A DNA stretch of 64,000 bases from Longimicrobiales bacterium (GCA_965249725.1 CBDFMQ010000001.1:160001-224000); one strand, 5' to 3'. Shown: positions 49,529-58,236, counted from the first letter of the stretch. The notes: generated by a model not told the origin, from the sequence alone. Numbers and translations are program-made.

Positions 49529-50848
49529 ATGAGAATCCACACAGCTGGACTGCTTGCCGCTACGCTGGCAGGTGCGAACCTCCTTCTAGTGAGTCCCGCC
49601 ACGGCTCAGGAGGACAGTGAGAGTCGTGGGAGCGACAACATCGAGGTGGTGGCTCACCTCCCGTTGGGCGAGAGGGTGTCGGACATCGAGGTCGAGCAGG
49701 ACATGAACCGTCCTTACGTCTATGTGGCCCGCGAGGGGCGCGGACTCGACATCATCGACATCGCCGATCCCTATGACGCCAAGGTCATTCTTCGGTGGAG
49801 TTTCGAAGACATGGACGTGCACATCGGGTCCGCGGGCAAGGACATCAAGATCTTCGAGTACAACGGGCGTAACTACGTCGTCCACTCCGTACAGTTCCGC
49901 CAGGGTGGCCCGGACAATGATCTGGGCGCCGTCATCTTCGACGCCACCGATCTTCCGGACGTTTCGACGTTCAGGGAAGTGGGTCGGATCCAGGGGCCCG
50001 GTGAGGTCGGTGGATTCCACAACATCTTCGTCTACCGGCACAGCAATGGCCGTCCCCTCCTCTTCACCACGGTGGGTGGGCCTTTTGCCAACGTCTACGA
50101 CCTGGGATACGTGGTCGATGGGCGTACCGACGATGCATTGGTGGCTCAGGTCCCTGTGCCCCAAGGCCAGACACCGGGCCGGGTCGGCGCCGCCGGCTAT
50201 CATGACTTCTATACCGGCTACGACGCTGACAGCGAGCAGGACCGCTTCTACGGCGGTGGCACCGGTGGCTACTACGTGTACAACGTCACCGATCTGGAGA
50301 ACCCCGAGCTGCTGGTCAGCTTGACCGGGATCAACGGCGTCCGGCGTGGACACACCTTCACGCCGTCCCCTGATGGCCGCTACGTCATCGCGGAGACCGA
50401 GTACCAGTACGCTCCGCTTCGGATCTTCGACCTGAAGCCGGGTCTGGATGGCGAGGTGGCGAACATCAACCGGCCCATCTCGGCGTGGACGGCGAACTGG
50501 GAGCATCTGTCGCACAACCATGAGGTGCGCTGGCCGTACGTGTTCGTATCGGGCTATGTGGACGGACTGCAGATCTTCACGTTGTCCGATCCCGCGCATC
50601 CGAAGACGATCGCGCATTACGACACGTACCTCGAGCCAGAAGACGCCGGTGTCATGAACGGCTCCTGGGGCGTAGACGTGCGCAACGAAGACGGGCTGAT
50701 CGTGATGTCCGACATCCAGACGGGTTTCTGGGCCTTCAAGATGGAGGGCTTCGCCGGCTGGAACGGACTGGATTGGGGCGTGCCGAACATCTCCAGCGTT
50801 CAGGACTGGGAGAACGGACCGGCCGTGCAGGCGCGGACGCGCAACTAG
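49529..50848 (+). CDS. Secreted LVIVD-repeat beta-propeller, paralog 3
   Basis: Colinear with paralogs 1 and 2; same four His motifs and GWNGLDWG.PNISS.QDWENGP tail. Confidence 0.85.
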   Translation: MRIHTAGLLAATLAGANLLLVSPATAQEDSESRGSDNIEVVAHLPLGERVSDIEVEQDMNRPYVYVAREGRGLDIIDIADPYDAKVILRWSFEDMDVHIGSAGKDIKIFEYNGRNYVVHSVQFRQGGPDNDLGAVIFDATDLPDVSTFREVGRIQGPGEVGGFHNIFVYRHSNGRPLLFTTVGGPFANVYDLGYVVDGRTDDALVAQVPVPQGQTPGRVGAAGYHDFYTGYDADSEQDRFYGGGTGGYYVYNVTDLENPELLVSLTGINGVRRGHTFTPSPDGRYVIAETEYQYAPLRIFDLKPGLDGEVANINRPISAWTANWEHLSHNHEVRWPYVFVSGYVDGLQIFTLSDPAHPKTIAHYDTYLEPEDAGVMNGSWGVDVRNEDGLIVMSDIQTGFWAFKMEGFAGWNGLDWGVPNISSVQDWENGPAVQARTRN

Positions 50849-50880
50849 AAGCACCGTCTATGCGTTCCTCCGGTTGATTG

Positions 50881-50914
50881 GAAGGGCTGGTGGGGTTTTC
50901 CTCACCAGCCCTTC
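50881..50914. terminator. Strong hairpin between paralog 3 and pnuC
   Basis: GAAGGGCTGGTGGGG-tttt-CCTCACCAGCCCTTC; no U tract, so it may attenuate or stabilise rather than terminate. Confidence 0.55.
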
Positions 50915-50927
50915 GACTTCCCAGCCC

Positions 50928-51641
50928 ATGAACTCATCGGCCCTCAGCTTTCTCGGAACCCCCGCCCACCGCCGTGAGGCGGGAAGGGTTTTCCTCGCCG
51001 CCCTGGTCATAACGGCTGCCTTGGCGTTGCTGACGGCCAGGCTCGCGCGCGGTCCATCCTGGCTCGAATTGGTCGGGACCTCCACCGGGCTCTGCAATGT
51101 GTGGCTGCTTCGCAAACAGAACATCGTGGCTTGGCCGTTCGGGATCGTGAGTGTCACCGCGGTGGGCCTGGTCTTCTACCGCCTGGGCCTCATGGGCCAG
51201 GCCTGGCTGCACCTATTCTACTTTCTTCCCATCAACTGGTGGGCCTGGTATCACTGGGTGCGCGGAGGGGAGCATCGGACGGAGCTGCACGTCAGTTGGA
51301 CGCACTGGAAGGAGTGGCTCTTCTACGTGCCATTGTTCCTGGTTGCCACCTACCTCGTGGCGAGCTTCTTCGATCGCGTCTACGACCGGGCCGTCTTCGT
51401 CTATTGGGATGCGACGATCGTGGCTGCGAGCGTGATCGCACAGTGGCTCTTGAGCCGCAAGAAGATCGAGAGCTGGGTCCTTTGGGTCGGGCCGGTGGAC
51501 GCGTCGGCGATCCTCCTTTTCTCGCTTACCGGAGCGTATATGTTCAGCGCCCTGTACATTGTGTTCCTCTTGAATGCGTCCGCGGCGATATACGAATGGC
51601 GAGCGGATTGGAATCGGAGGGCGGCGCCTTCCACGGCCTGA
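50928..51641 (+). CDS. pnuC: PnuC family vitamin/nicotinamide riboside transporter
   Basis: WL..KQNIVAWPFG, WYHW and D...V.AQWLLSRKKIESWVLW...D motifs. Confidence 0.85.
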   Translation: MNSSALSFLGTPAHRREAGRVFLAALVITAALALLTARLARGPSWLELVGTSTGLCNVWLLRKQNIVAWPFGIVSVTAVGLVFYRLGLMGQAWLHLFYFLPINWWAWYHWVRGGEHRTELHVSWTHWKEWLFYVPLFLVATYLVASFFDRVYDRAVFVYWDATIVAASVIAQWLLSRKKIESWVLWVGPVDASAILLFSLTGAYMFSALYIVFLLNASAAIYEWRADWNRRAAPSTA

Positions 51642-51688
51642 TCCCACACCAAGATCCCGCACCATCTACCCGGTCTCACGGAGTATGC

Positions 51689-52048
51689 ATGCAACACAAA
51701 CACGCAGGGGACATCCCGTCCGAGCCCGTGGGTGCGGGTTCCGGGACGGTCCGCCAGGTTCTCATCGGCCCCGACGAGGGCCCCAATTTTGCCATGCGCC
51801 GTTTCATCATGGAGCCCGGCGGGGGCATGCCCAAGCACACGAACACGGTCGAGCATGAGCAGTACGTACTCGGCGGGAACGCTCGCGTCGGCATCGGGGA
51901 TCGGGTGATCGAGGTGAAGCGGGACGACGTGGTCTTCATACCGGCCGGTGTACCGCACTGGTACGAGTCCCTCGGGCCCGAGGCGTTCGAGTTCCTGTGC
52001 GTCGTGCCCAACGGTCCGGACGAGATTCGGCTCATCGAGGACGAATAG
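51689..52048 (+). CDS. Cupin_2 domain protein
   Basis: NFAMRRF, PKHTNTVEHEQYVL and FIPAGVPHWY motifs. Confidence 0.88.
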   Translation: MQHKHAGDIPSEPVGAGSGTVRQVLIGPDEGPNFAMRRFIMEPGGGMPKHTNTVEHEQYVLGGNARVGIGDRVIEVKRDDVVFIPAGVPHWYESLGPEAFEFLCVVPNGPDEIRLIEDE

Positions 52049-52298
52049 CGGCGTCCGCTCGCCTCCCTTGTTGGCCTAGAGGGCGCTCGGGGGCGTAGAA
52101 GGCAATCTGGGGTCTCAGGCGAGGTTCTGCCGTCTCACAGGCCCGTTCAGGGCCCTTAGCGGGCTCCATGAGCCCGTTCCTGGCTTGTTTTCTCCCGAAT
52201 ACGGCGGATGAACCCTTGTGTGTGCCGGGGCTTCGCCCGCAGGTTGGTCCTTTCATGGATCCCTTCCCGTGATCCGATAACCCCGAAACCGAGGCGAT

Positions 52299-53714
52299 AT
52301 GGAGACCATCGGATGGCTCTCGATTCTTCCACCCATTGTGGCCATCGCTTTGGCCATCAAGACCCGAGAGGTCTACATCTCGCTCGCGTTGTTCGTGTGG
52401 TTGGGCTGGACCATCCTCAATTCGTGGAATCCGATCCTGGGGCTCGTGCAGGGTGTGAACGTCTTTCTCGACGCCATCACCAGCCCAGGGAATGCCCGTA
52501 CGTTGCTCTTCTCCGCCTTGATCGGTGGGATCATCACCCTGACGCAGGCATCAGGTGGCATGGAGGGGTTCATCCAATGGGTCGAAGACAAGCGATTGGG
52601 GAAGAGCCCGCGCACGGTTCGCATGTTCGGCATCGGCACCAGCATGGTGCTCTTCCTCGAGTCGAACTTCGGGCTTCTGGTGGCAGGGTCGGTCTCTCGA
52701 CCGCTCTTCGATCGGGCCAAGATCTCACGTGAAAAGCTGGCCTACATCCTGGACGCGACCTGCGCGCCCAAACAGCTCCTGATCCCCATCAATGCCTGGG
52801 GTGCGTACATCGTCACCCTCCTGGCGGCACAGTCCGTACCCGAGCCCAACCGTGTCCTTCTTTCCGCGTTGACGCTCAACTTCTACGCGATCCTCGCGAT
52901 ACTCATGGTGTTTTTCGTGGGCCTTACCGACTGGAACATCGGACCCATGCGCGAGGCCGAGCGTCGCGTTCGGGAGGAGGGCAAGCTGCTCAGGGACGGC
53001 GCCTCGCCGATGATGTCGTCGGATGTCAGCATGCTCGAAGCGAAACCGGGCGTGCCGAAGAGGGCGGTCAACATGCTCCTCCCCATTTTCGCCATGGTCG
53101 CGACGGTACCGTACGTCCTGTGGCTGACCGGGGACGGGGTGATTCTGAACGGCAGCGGGTCCGACGCGGTGCTCTGGGGTGTCATCGTGGGGATTCTGCT
53201 CGGCGCCTTCATGTATCGGCTCCAGGGCATCATGACGTTCCGCGAGGTGACGAGCTACACCATCAAGGGCATCCAGGGGCTGACACCGGTGGTCATCGTT
53301 CTGGCCCTCGCCTTTGCGATCGCCGGGACGCAACAGGCTCTCGGCACTGGTGTGTGGTTGGCCCAAGTAGCGCAGGCGAACGTCAATCCGGGCTTCGTGC
53401 CGGCCATAGTGTTCATTCTGGCCTGCATCATGGCCTTTTCCACGGGGACTTCGTGGGGGACGTTCGCTATCATGATCCCTATCGTGGTGCCCATGGCCGC
53501 GCTCCTGGATCTACACCTGGGGCTGACGCTCGCGGCGGCTCTGGGGGGTGGGATCTTCGGGGATCACTGCTCACCGATCTCGGACAGCACGATCGTAGCG
53601 TCGATGGCGTCGGCTACGGACCACATCGACCACGTGCGGACCCAGCTGCCCTACGCGGTCATAGCGGCGGTTGGGGCGCTGGTGCTCTTCCTGGTTGTGG
53701 GCTTCATCCTCTAG
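52299..53714 (+). CDS. NhaC family Na+/H+ antiporter-like transporter
   Basis: SREKLAYILD, TGTSWGTFAI, FGDHCSPISD and DHVRTQLPYA motifs. Confidence 0.9.
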   Translation: METIGWLSILPPIVAIALAIKTREVYISLALFVWLGWTILNSWNPILGLVQGVNVFLDAITSPGNARTLLFSALIGGIITLTQASGGMEGFIQWVEDKRLGKSPRTVRMFGIGTSMVLFLESNFGLLVAGSVSRPLFDRAKISREKLAYILDATCAPKQLLIPINAWGAYIVTLLAAQSVPEPNRVLLSALTLNFYAILAILMVFFVGLTDWNIGPMREAERRVREEGKLLRDGASPMMSSDVSMLEAKPGVPKRAVNMLLPIFAMVATVPYVLWLTGDGVILNGSGSDAVLWGVIVGILLGAFMYRLQGIMTFREVTSYTIKGIQGLTPVVIVLALAFAIAGTQQALGTGVWLAQVAQANVNPGFVPAIVFILACIMAFSTGTSWGTFAIMIPIVVPMAALLDLHLGLTLAAALGGGIFGDHCSPISDSTIVASMASATDHIDHVRTQLPYAVIAAVGALVLFLVVGFIL

Positions 53715-53738
53715 AGCTTCATCCCGGAGGTCCGTCGT

Positions 53739-55610
53739 CTACCGGGTTCGGTTCTCCATCATCACCAAGCCGCCGCCGAGGCTCCCGGAGAAGACGTCGA
53801 GATCTCCGTCCCCGTCGATGTCCACAACCGAAGGCGTGGAGTAGTTGGGAAGCGTAAGGGTGAACGTCGAGTCCTGAACGAATACGGGATCGGCCGTCCC
53901 TCCCTCGCGGCGGTAGAGCAGTAACCCTCCGGCCTCCCGACCGAGAAGCAGGTCCTCATCTCCGTCCCCGTCCATGTCGGCGAAGGTTGGGAAGCTCCGG
54001 CGACCGGCGTCCATCCCTTGGAAATTGTCGCTCACTAGCTCGAATGTGGGAGCCTGTGGCGTCCCTACATTGCGGTAGAAGTTGAGCTCTCCCGACGACT
54101 CCCCGATGAAGAGGTCCAGATCGCCGTCTCCATCCACATCCGTCAGTGCCGGGGTGCTGTTGCTGCCCCGCGTGAGCTTGATGAGCGTCGTGTCGGCGAG
54201 CACGAAGTCGGGCCTTTCGCTCGAGCCCTCGTTCACGTAGAAGGACACGCCCTTGTTCCAGGTACCCATCAGCATGTCCAGGTCACCGTCGCTGTCCAGG
54301 TCACCCATCGCCGGCGCGTAGTGGTACATGGTGAAGAGCTCGATCCGCTCTCGCTCTTCGAAGGAGGGCTCCTGTGTGGATCCCACATTCTCGAAGCGGT
54401 ACATGCGAGAGGTGCGGGTGTCGCTCGGATCGATCTTGTTGGAAAGGAGCAGGTCCAGGTCGCCGTCCCCGTCCAGATCGGTGAACGTTGGAATGCTCTC
54501 GCTCCCCACATCGATCGTGTAGATGAAGCGCTCGGTCTGTCGGCTGAAGCGGCCGTCGACCTGCTCGTAGAAGAGGAAGTTCCGGATCGTGGTCAGGTTG
54601 GGGTTGAAGGCTCCCCCGAGGACTCCGACGTAGAGGTCCAGGTCCCCGTCGTTGTCCACGTCGGCCAGCGCCGGGACGTTGTATCCACTCGTCGTCAGGG
54701 AGTCCTCGACCTCGAAGGGCAGGGGCTCACCGAGCAGAATCGGTTCGCTACACGATCCCGTGTTCTCCAGGTAGAGCACGCTGGCCTCGAAGAAGTCGCC
54801 CCAGAAGAAGTCGAGATCGTCGTCGTCGTCCATGTCGGCGAACGCCATCGAGTTCGCGCCGTGTAGGCTGCCCGCCATGGCGGCGACGATCTCGATGCCC
54901 TGGAAGCGATCCTCTACGAATCGGAAGAGCGGCGCCCCGTCGGCGGACGTCGTCGACGTCTCGTAGCGGCTGATCGTCCCATCCACGCGCCCCAAGAAGA
55001 GATCCCAATTGCCGTCGCAGTCGATGTCGTTGAGGCTCGGGATGTTCTGCCGGTCTGCGAAGAGGGGCTCCCCGTCGACGTCGCGGGCCGAGTCATCGAC
55101 TGCCAAGAACGCCGCCCCCTGAGGTGTGCCCTCGTTGCGGAAGTAACGCACATAGCTGAACGGGTTTTCCGCCAGTAGGTCCAGATCGCCATCTCGGTCG
55201 AAGTCGAGGAAGCGGCTCCACTCCCCGATCTCCAGATCCTGATACGTGTCGGTACGCCAGACGAAGCGTGGCTCACTTGGAGATCCCACGTTCTCGAAGT
55301 GCATGAGTTCGCCCGTGCGCTCCTGGAGGAACAGGTCCAAGTCGCCGTCGCCATCGAGATCGGCGAACTGCGGACGCGGCACGTTCAGCCCGCCCAGAAG
55401 GGGCGACTCGTAAGGCCGCCCCGCCTCATCCAGAAACGAGAGAGCATCCACGACACGCACGAAGCCACTGGCCTCTTGGCCCTCTCCGGTAGCATCGACC
55501 GGCGCTGTGGCCGCGGGCATGCCGTAGCCGCCGCAGCTCGTGATCGCCAAGGAGCTCAGGGCCCACAAGGCCACTCCGCGACCGGCCAATGTCACCGAAA
55601 CTTCCGTCAT
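53739..55610 (-). CDS. FG-GAP/VCBS repeat lipoprotein (Ca-binding beta-propeller)
   Basis: Lipobox ITSC; about 10 DxDGDGDxD-type repeats. Confidence 0.88.
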   Translation of the reverse strand: MTEVSVTLAGRGVALWALSSLAITSCGGYGMPAATAPVDATGEGQEASGFVRVVDALSFLDEAGRPYESPLLGGLNVPRPQFADLDGDGDLDLFLQERTGELMHFENVGSPSEPRFVWRTDTYQDLEIGEWSRFLDFDRDGDLDLLAENPFSYVRYFRNEGTPQGAAFLAVDDSARDVDGEPLFADRQNIPSLNDIDCDGNWDLFLGRVDGTISRYETSTTSADGAPLFRFVEDRFQGIEIVAAMAGSLHGANSMAFADMDDDDDLDFFWGDFFEASVLYLENTGSCSEPILLGEPLPFEVEDSLTTSGYNVPALADVDNDGDLDLYVGVLGGAFNPNLTTIRNFLFYEQVDGRFSRQTERFIYTIDVGSESIPTFTDLDGDGDLDLLLSNKIDPSDTRTSRMYRFENVGSTQEPSFEERERIELFTMYHYAPAMGDLDSDGDLDMLMGTWNKGVSFYVNEGSSERPDFVLADTTLIKLTRGSNSTPALTDVDGDGDLDLFIGESSGELNFYRNVGTPQAPTFELVSDNFQGMDAGRRSFPTFADMDGDGDEDLLLGREAGGLLLYRREGGTADPVFVQDSTFTLTLPNYSTPSVVDIDGDGDLDVFSGSLGGGLVMMENRTR

Positions 55611-55822
55611 CGTCCTCTTGACTCCCTCTCAGGATCGAATGCCCCGCGGGGCCGAACCGGACTCAGTATAACGAGGGGGAGAACTACGCCACTATCGAAG
55701 TAGGGGTAGTTGCTCCAGGAGCCGCCCATACCGGCCGAGTTGTCGCCGTACGGCACAGTGTCGAAGTAGCCGATTTCCACCGGATTCTCCGGATCACTGA
55801 TGTCGAGCACTCGCAGTCCGCT
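55607..55822 (-). pseudogene. C-terminal remnant of a choice-of-anchor-B/LVIVD propeller gene
   Basis: SGLRVLDISDPENPVEIGYFDT...GSWSNYPYFDSG with no upstream body; an AT-richer stretch follows. Confidence 0.75.
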
Positions 55823-56046
55823 CTGCGGAGAGAATCACCAAAGAGCTATAACCAAGACGTTTCATATCATGCCTCACACAACGGACTGAACGAAAATGTA
55901 GTCCAACAATTTAGTCGATTTCACCATCGGTAGAGAGGGCAGGGACGAGGTATGTGTGGAACTTTCTTCCCGGGTCGTCCCGTATGGTATAGGTAGGTCG
56001 CCCACAGAGGAGCAGATTGGCCGATGACTAGACACGGGGGAGTCCA

Positions 56047-57108
56047 GTGACGAGGTGGGGACGTCGGTCGAGAATCACGTTCTTGGCGGCCTTATTGGCG
56101 GAGCTGTTCCTGCCCAGCCCTGCGATTCACGACGACCTATGGATCTTCGGGCCGTCTCGGGGGCCTGCTTCCTATGACCTGTCGGCTGCCATTGCAGCTC
56201 AGGATCTCCACAGCCCGGATCTGTTTGCGATCCACGGCGTCGTTGGAACGGCCGTCGGGATCGGACTGGGTGGCATCCCTGTTGTGATGGTGTATACCGC
56301 TCGTTTGGGCGTGTTCGGCGTGCCGGCCAGCCTCGAGGGCATCCCGGTACTCCCCGAGGTGACCGGTGAGTTCTGGGCACTGGGGGACGGTCCGAGGGCG
56401 AAGGAGTCCGAAGACGCCCTCGATCCCAAGCAGCGCTTCCCGAGACCCGTCCCGATCGGGGTCTCTGGTGGCCAGCCCGATGTGACCGCAGGGACGATCG
56501 GAGCCCGGGTGAGTGACGGCGGCAAGACCTTCGCCTTGAGCAACAACCACGTATTCGCGAACCGGAACGATGCCAACAAGGGGGATGACATCCTCCAGCC
56601 CGGTCGAGTGGACGGCGGGACGGATCCCACGAATTCGATCGGTACGCTGCATGATTACGAGCCGCTTCGGTTCTGCAGCGCGCTCAACTGTCCCGACAAC
56701 CGGATCGATGCGGCGATCGCGCTGACGTCGGCGGAGAACCTCGGGACGAGCACGCCGGAAAATGGCTACGGTGAGCCGCGCTCCAAGACGGATGCCGCGG
56801 CTCTGAGTCAGCGTGTTCAGAAGTACGGTCGGACCACGGGACTCACGACGGGCACGGTGACGGGGGTCAACGCCACGATCAACGTGAACTACAACATCGG
56901 GACCGTCCGATTCGTGGATCAGATTCTGATCAGCGACGGCAACTTCAGTCAGGGCGGAGACTCGGGATCGCTCGTGGTCACCAAGGGCAGCGGTGGTGAT
57001 GACCGCAGGCCTGTCGGACTGCTCTTTGCCGGAAGCAACACGCACACCATCGCCAACCCCATCGATCTCGTTCTCGAGCGGTTCGGGGTGAGCGTCGATG
57101 GGAGTTAG
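56047..57108 (+). CDS. Secreted trypsin-like (PA clan) serine protease with N-terminal pro-domain-like region
   Basis: Triad motifs SNNHV, IDAAI and GDSGS; also GTIG, KYGRTTG.T.G and VGLLFAG. Confidence 0.85.
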   Translation: MTRWGRRSRITFLAALLAELFLPSPAIHDDLWIFGPSRGPASYDLSAAIAAQDLHSPDLFAIHGVVGTAVGIGLGGIPVVMVYTARLGVFGVPASLEGIPVLPEVTGEFWALGDGPRAKESEDALDPKQRFPRPVPIGVSGGQPDVTAGTIGARVSDGGKTFALSNNHVFANRNDANKGDDILQPGRVDGGTDPTNSIGTLHDYEPLRFCSALNCPDNRIDAAIALTSAENLGTSTPENGYGEPRSKTDAAALSQRVQKYGRTTGLTTGTVTGVNATINVNYNIGTVRFVDQILISDGNFSQGGDSGSLVVTKGSGGDDRRPVGLLFAGSNTHTIANPIDLVLERFGVSVDGS

Positions 57109-57144
57109 CGGGCCCGCGTGTCGGCGCATAGCTTGACGGACGAC

Positions 57145-57342
57145 ATGAAGCGCGCGCTCGCGAAGCTCACGAAGAAGGTCATCGACCTCCCCGGAGTGTC
57201 TGGGACCGCGATCGGGCTGTCGGGCGGGAAGCCGTGCTTGAAGGTCTTCGTGTCCGGGAACGACGGGTCGGGGAAGATCCCGTCTTCGGTGGATGGCCAT
57301 CGGGTCGTGGTCGAGAAGACAGGGACGTTCGAGCGGTATTGA
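57145..57342 (+). CDS. Small protein homologous to the protease N-terminal domain
   Basis: Pattern GV.GTA.G..GG.P...V...P.S..G..V..E.TG.F is shared with protease residues ~64-109; start could be 57118, 57133 or 57145. Confidence 0.75.
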   Translation: MKRALAKLTKKVIDLPGVSGTAIGLSGGKPCLKVFVSGNDGSGKIPSSVDGHRVVVEKTGTFERY

Positions 57343-57362
57343 GAGCGATTGCGGCCGAGGGT

Positions 57363-57399
57363 GGGGCGTCGGTGTTGGGGCGTCGGTGTTGGGGCGTCG
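57363..57399. repeat. 14-bp intergenic tandem repeat GGGGCGTCGGTGTT x2.6
   Basis: Read directly. Confidence 0.8.
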
Positions 57400-57506
57400 C
57401 TGGGCAACCATCCGGACACCCTCGGCGTCATATCAATAGACGGGACGCCTCGGAGCGGGATTCGCCGGCCGAGGATGGGGGTTGATTTCAGCGAATGGAG
57501 CGTGCG

Positions 57507-58178
57507 ATGGGTGTGCGAAAGTCAGACCTCATGGCCGTCACGGCCATACTAGTCGGTGCCGGTGCCGGGTTCGGACTTACCAACCTGTATGCGCACGGTC
57601 AGCGCAACGCGGTGCAGGATGAGTTGATCACGATCATGGAGTCTGACGCTCCGCATTACGTCACCACGATGCGCGTGCGCGGATCCGATCACGATCATGC
57701 TCGCGTCCAGGTCATGGAGATCCGTCGTGAGGCGCGGAGCAAAGCCCGTGAGGCTCGGGGCCAGGCGCGTGAGGCCCGCGAGAGAGCCCGCGAGATCCGG
57801 ACCGAGGTGCGGGTCGGGAAGGCCTTCGCCCTTCAGGAGGCACTCGAGGGACTCGAGGGTCTCAAGTCCTTGGAATCGCTCGAGTCCTTGGAGTCGCTGG
57901 GATCGCTCGAGATTCTCGAGAGTCTCGATGGCGAAGTCATGAATCTCGAGGCGCTCGAGGAAGCCATGGAGGAGTTGCAGTTGGAACTCCAAGCGGAGTT
58001 CGACGGTGAAGCGTTCAGCGGTGAAGCGTTCAGCGGTGAAGCGTTCAGCGGTGAAGCGTTCAGCGGTGACGTGACCATCGATATCCAGGTGGATGATGCC
58101 GATGATCAGCACAAGAAGAAGAAGCGGAAGCGCCGCGTCGTGGTGAAACGGCCCGGCAACGACGGTCCGGGCAACTAG
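57507..58178 (+). CDS. Hypothetical membrane-anchored low-complexity protein
   Basis: N-terminal TM, REAR repeats, LES repeats, GEAFS x4 and a KKKKRKRR tail. Confidence 0.7.
   Translation: MGVRKSDLMAVTAILVGAGAGFGLTNLYAHGQRNAVQDELITIMESDAPHYVTTMRVRGSDHDHARVQVMEIRREARSKAREARGQAREARERAREIRTEVRVGKAFALQEALEGLEGLKSLESLESLESLGSLEILESLDGEVMNLEALEEAMEELQLELQAEFDGEAFSGEAFSGEAFSGEAFSGDVTIDIQVDDADDQHKKKKRKRRVVVKRPGNDGPGN
58005..58064 (+). repeat. 15-bp perfect tandem repeat GGTGAAGCGTTCAGC x4
   Basis: Read directly; encodes GEAFS x4. Confidence 0.92.
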
Positions 58179-58204
58179 ACCCGAGACGTCTCGCTTCGGC
58201 TCCG

Positions 58205-58236
58205 AGAGCCTCGCCCCACCGGGGCGGGGCTCTTTT
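58205..58236 (+). terminator. Rho-independent terminator
   Basis: AGAGCCTCGCCCC-acc-GGGGCGGGGCTCT followed by TTT. Confidence 0.8.

Noticed and set aside
40737..50848. Propeller paralogs as a diversity-generating retroelement or cassette-switching system
   Set aside because: No reverse transcriptase or recombinase is present, no adenine-specific variation was evident, and all copies are full genes with their own RBS.
50849..50927. Riboswitch upstream of pnuC
   Set aside because: The 79-nt gap holds one simple hairpin; no TPP, FMN or NAD aptamer core was recognised.
57363..58064. Tandem repeats as a CRISPR array
   Set aside because: The units are 14-15 bp and contiguous, with no spacers and no cas genes.
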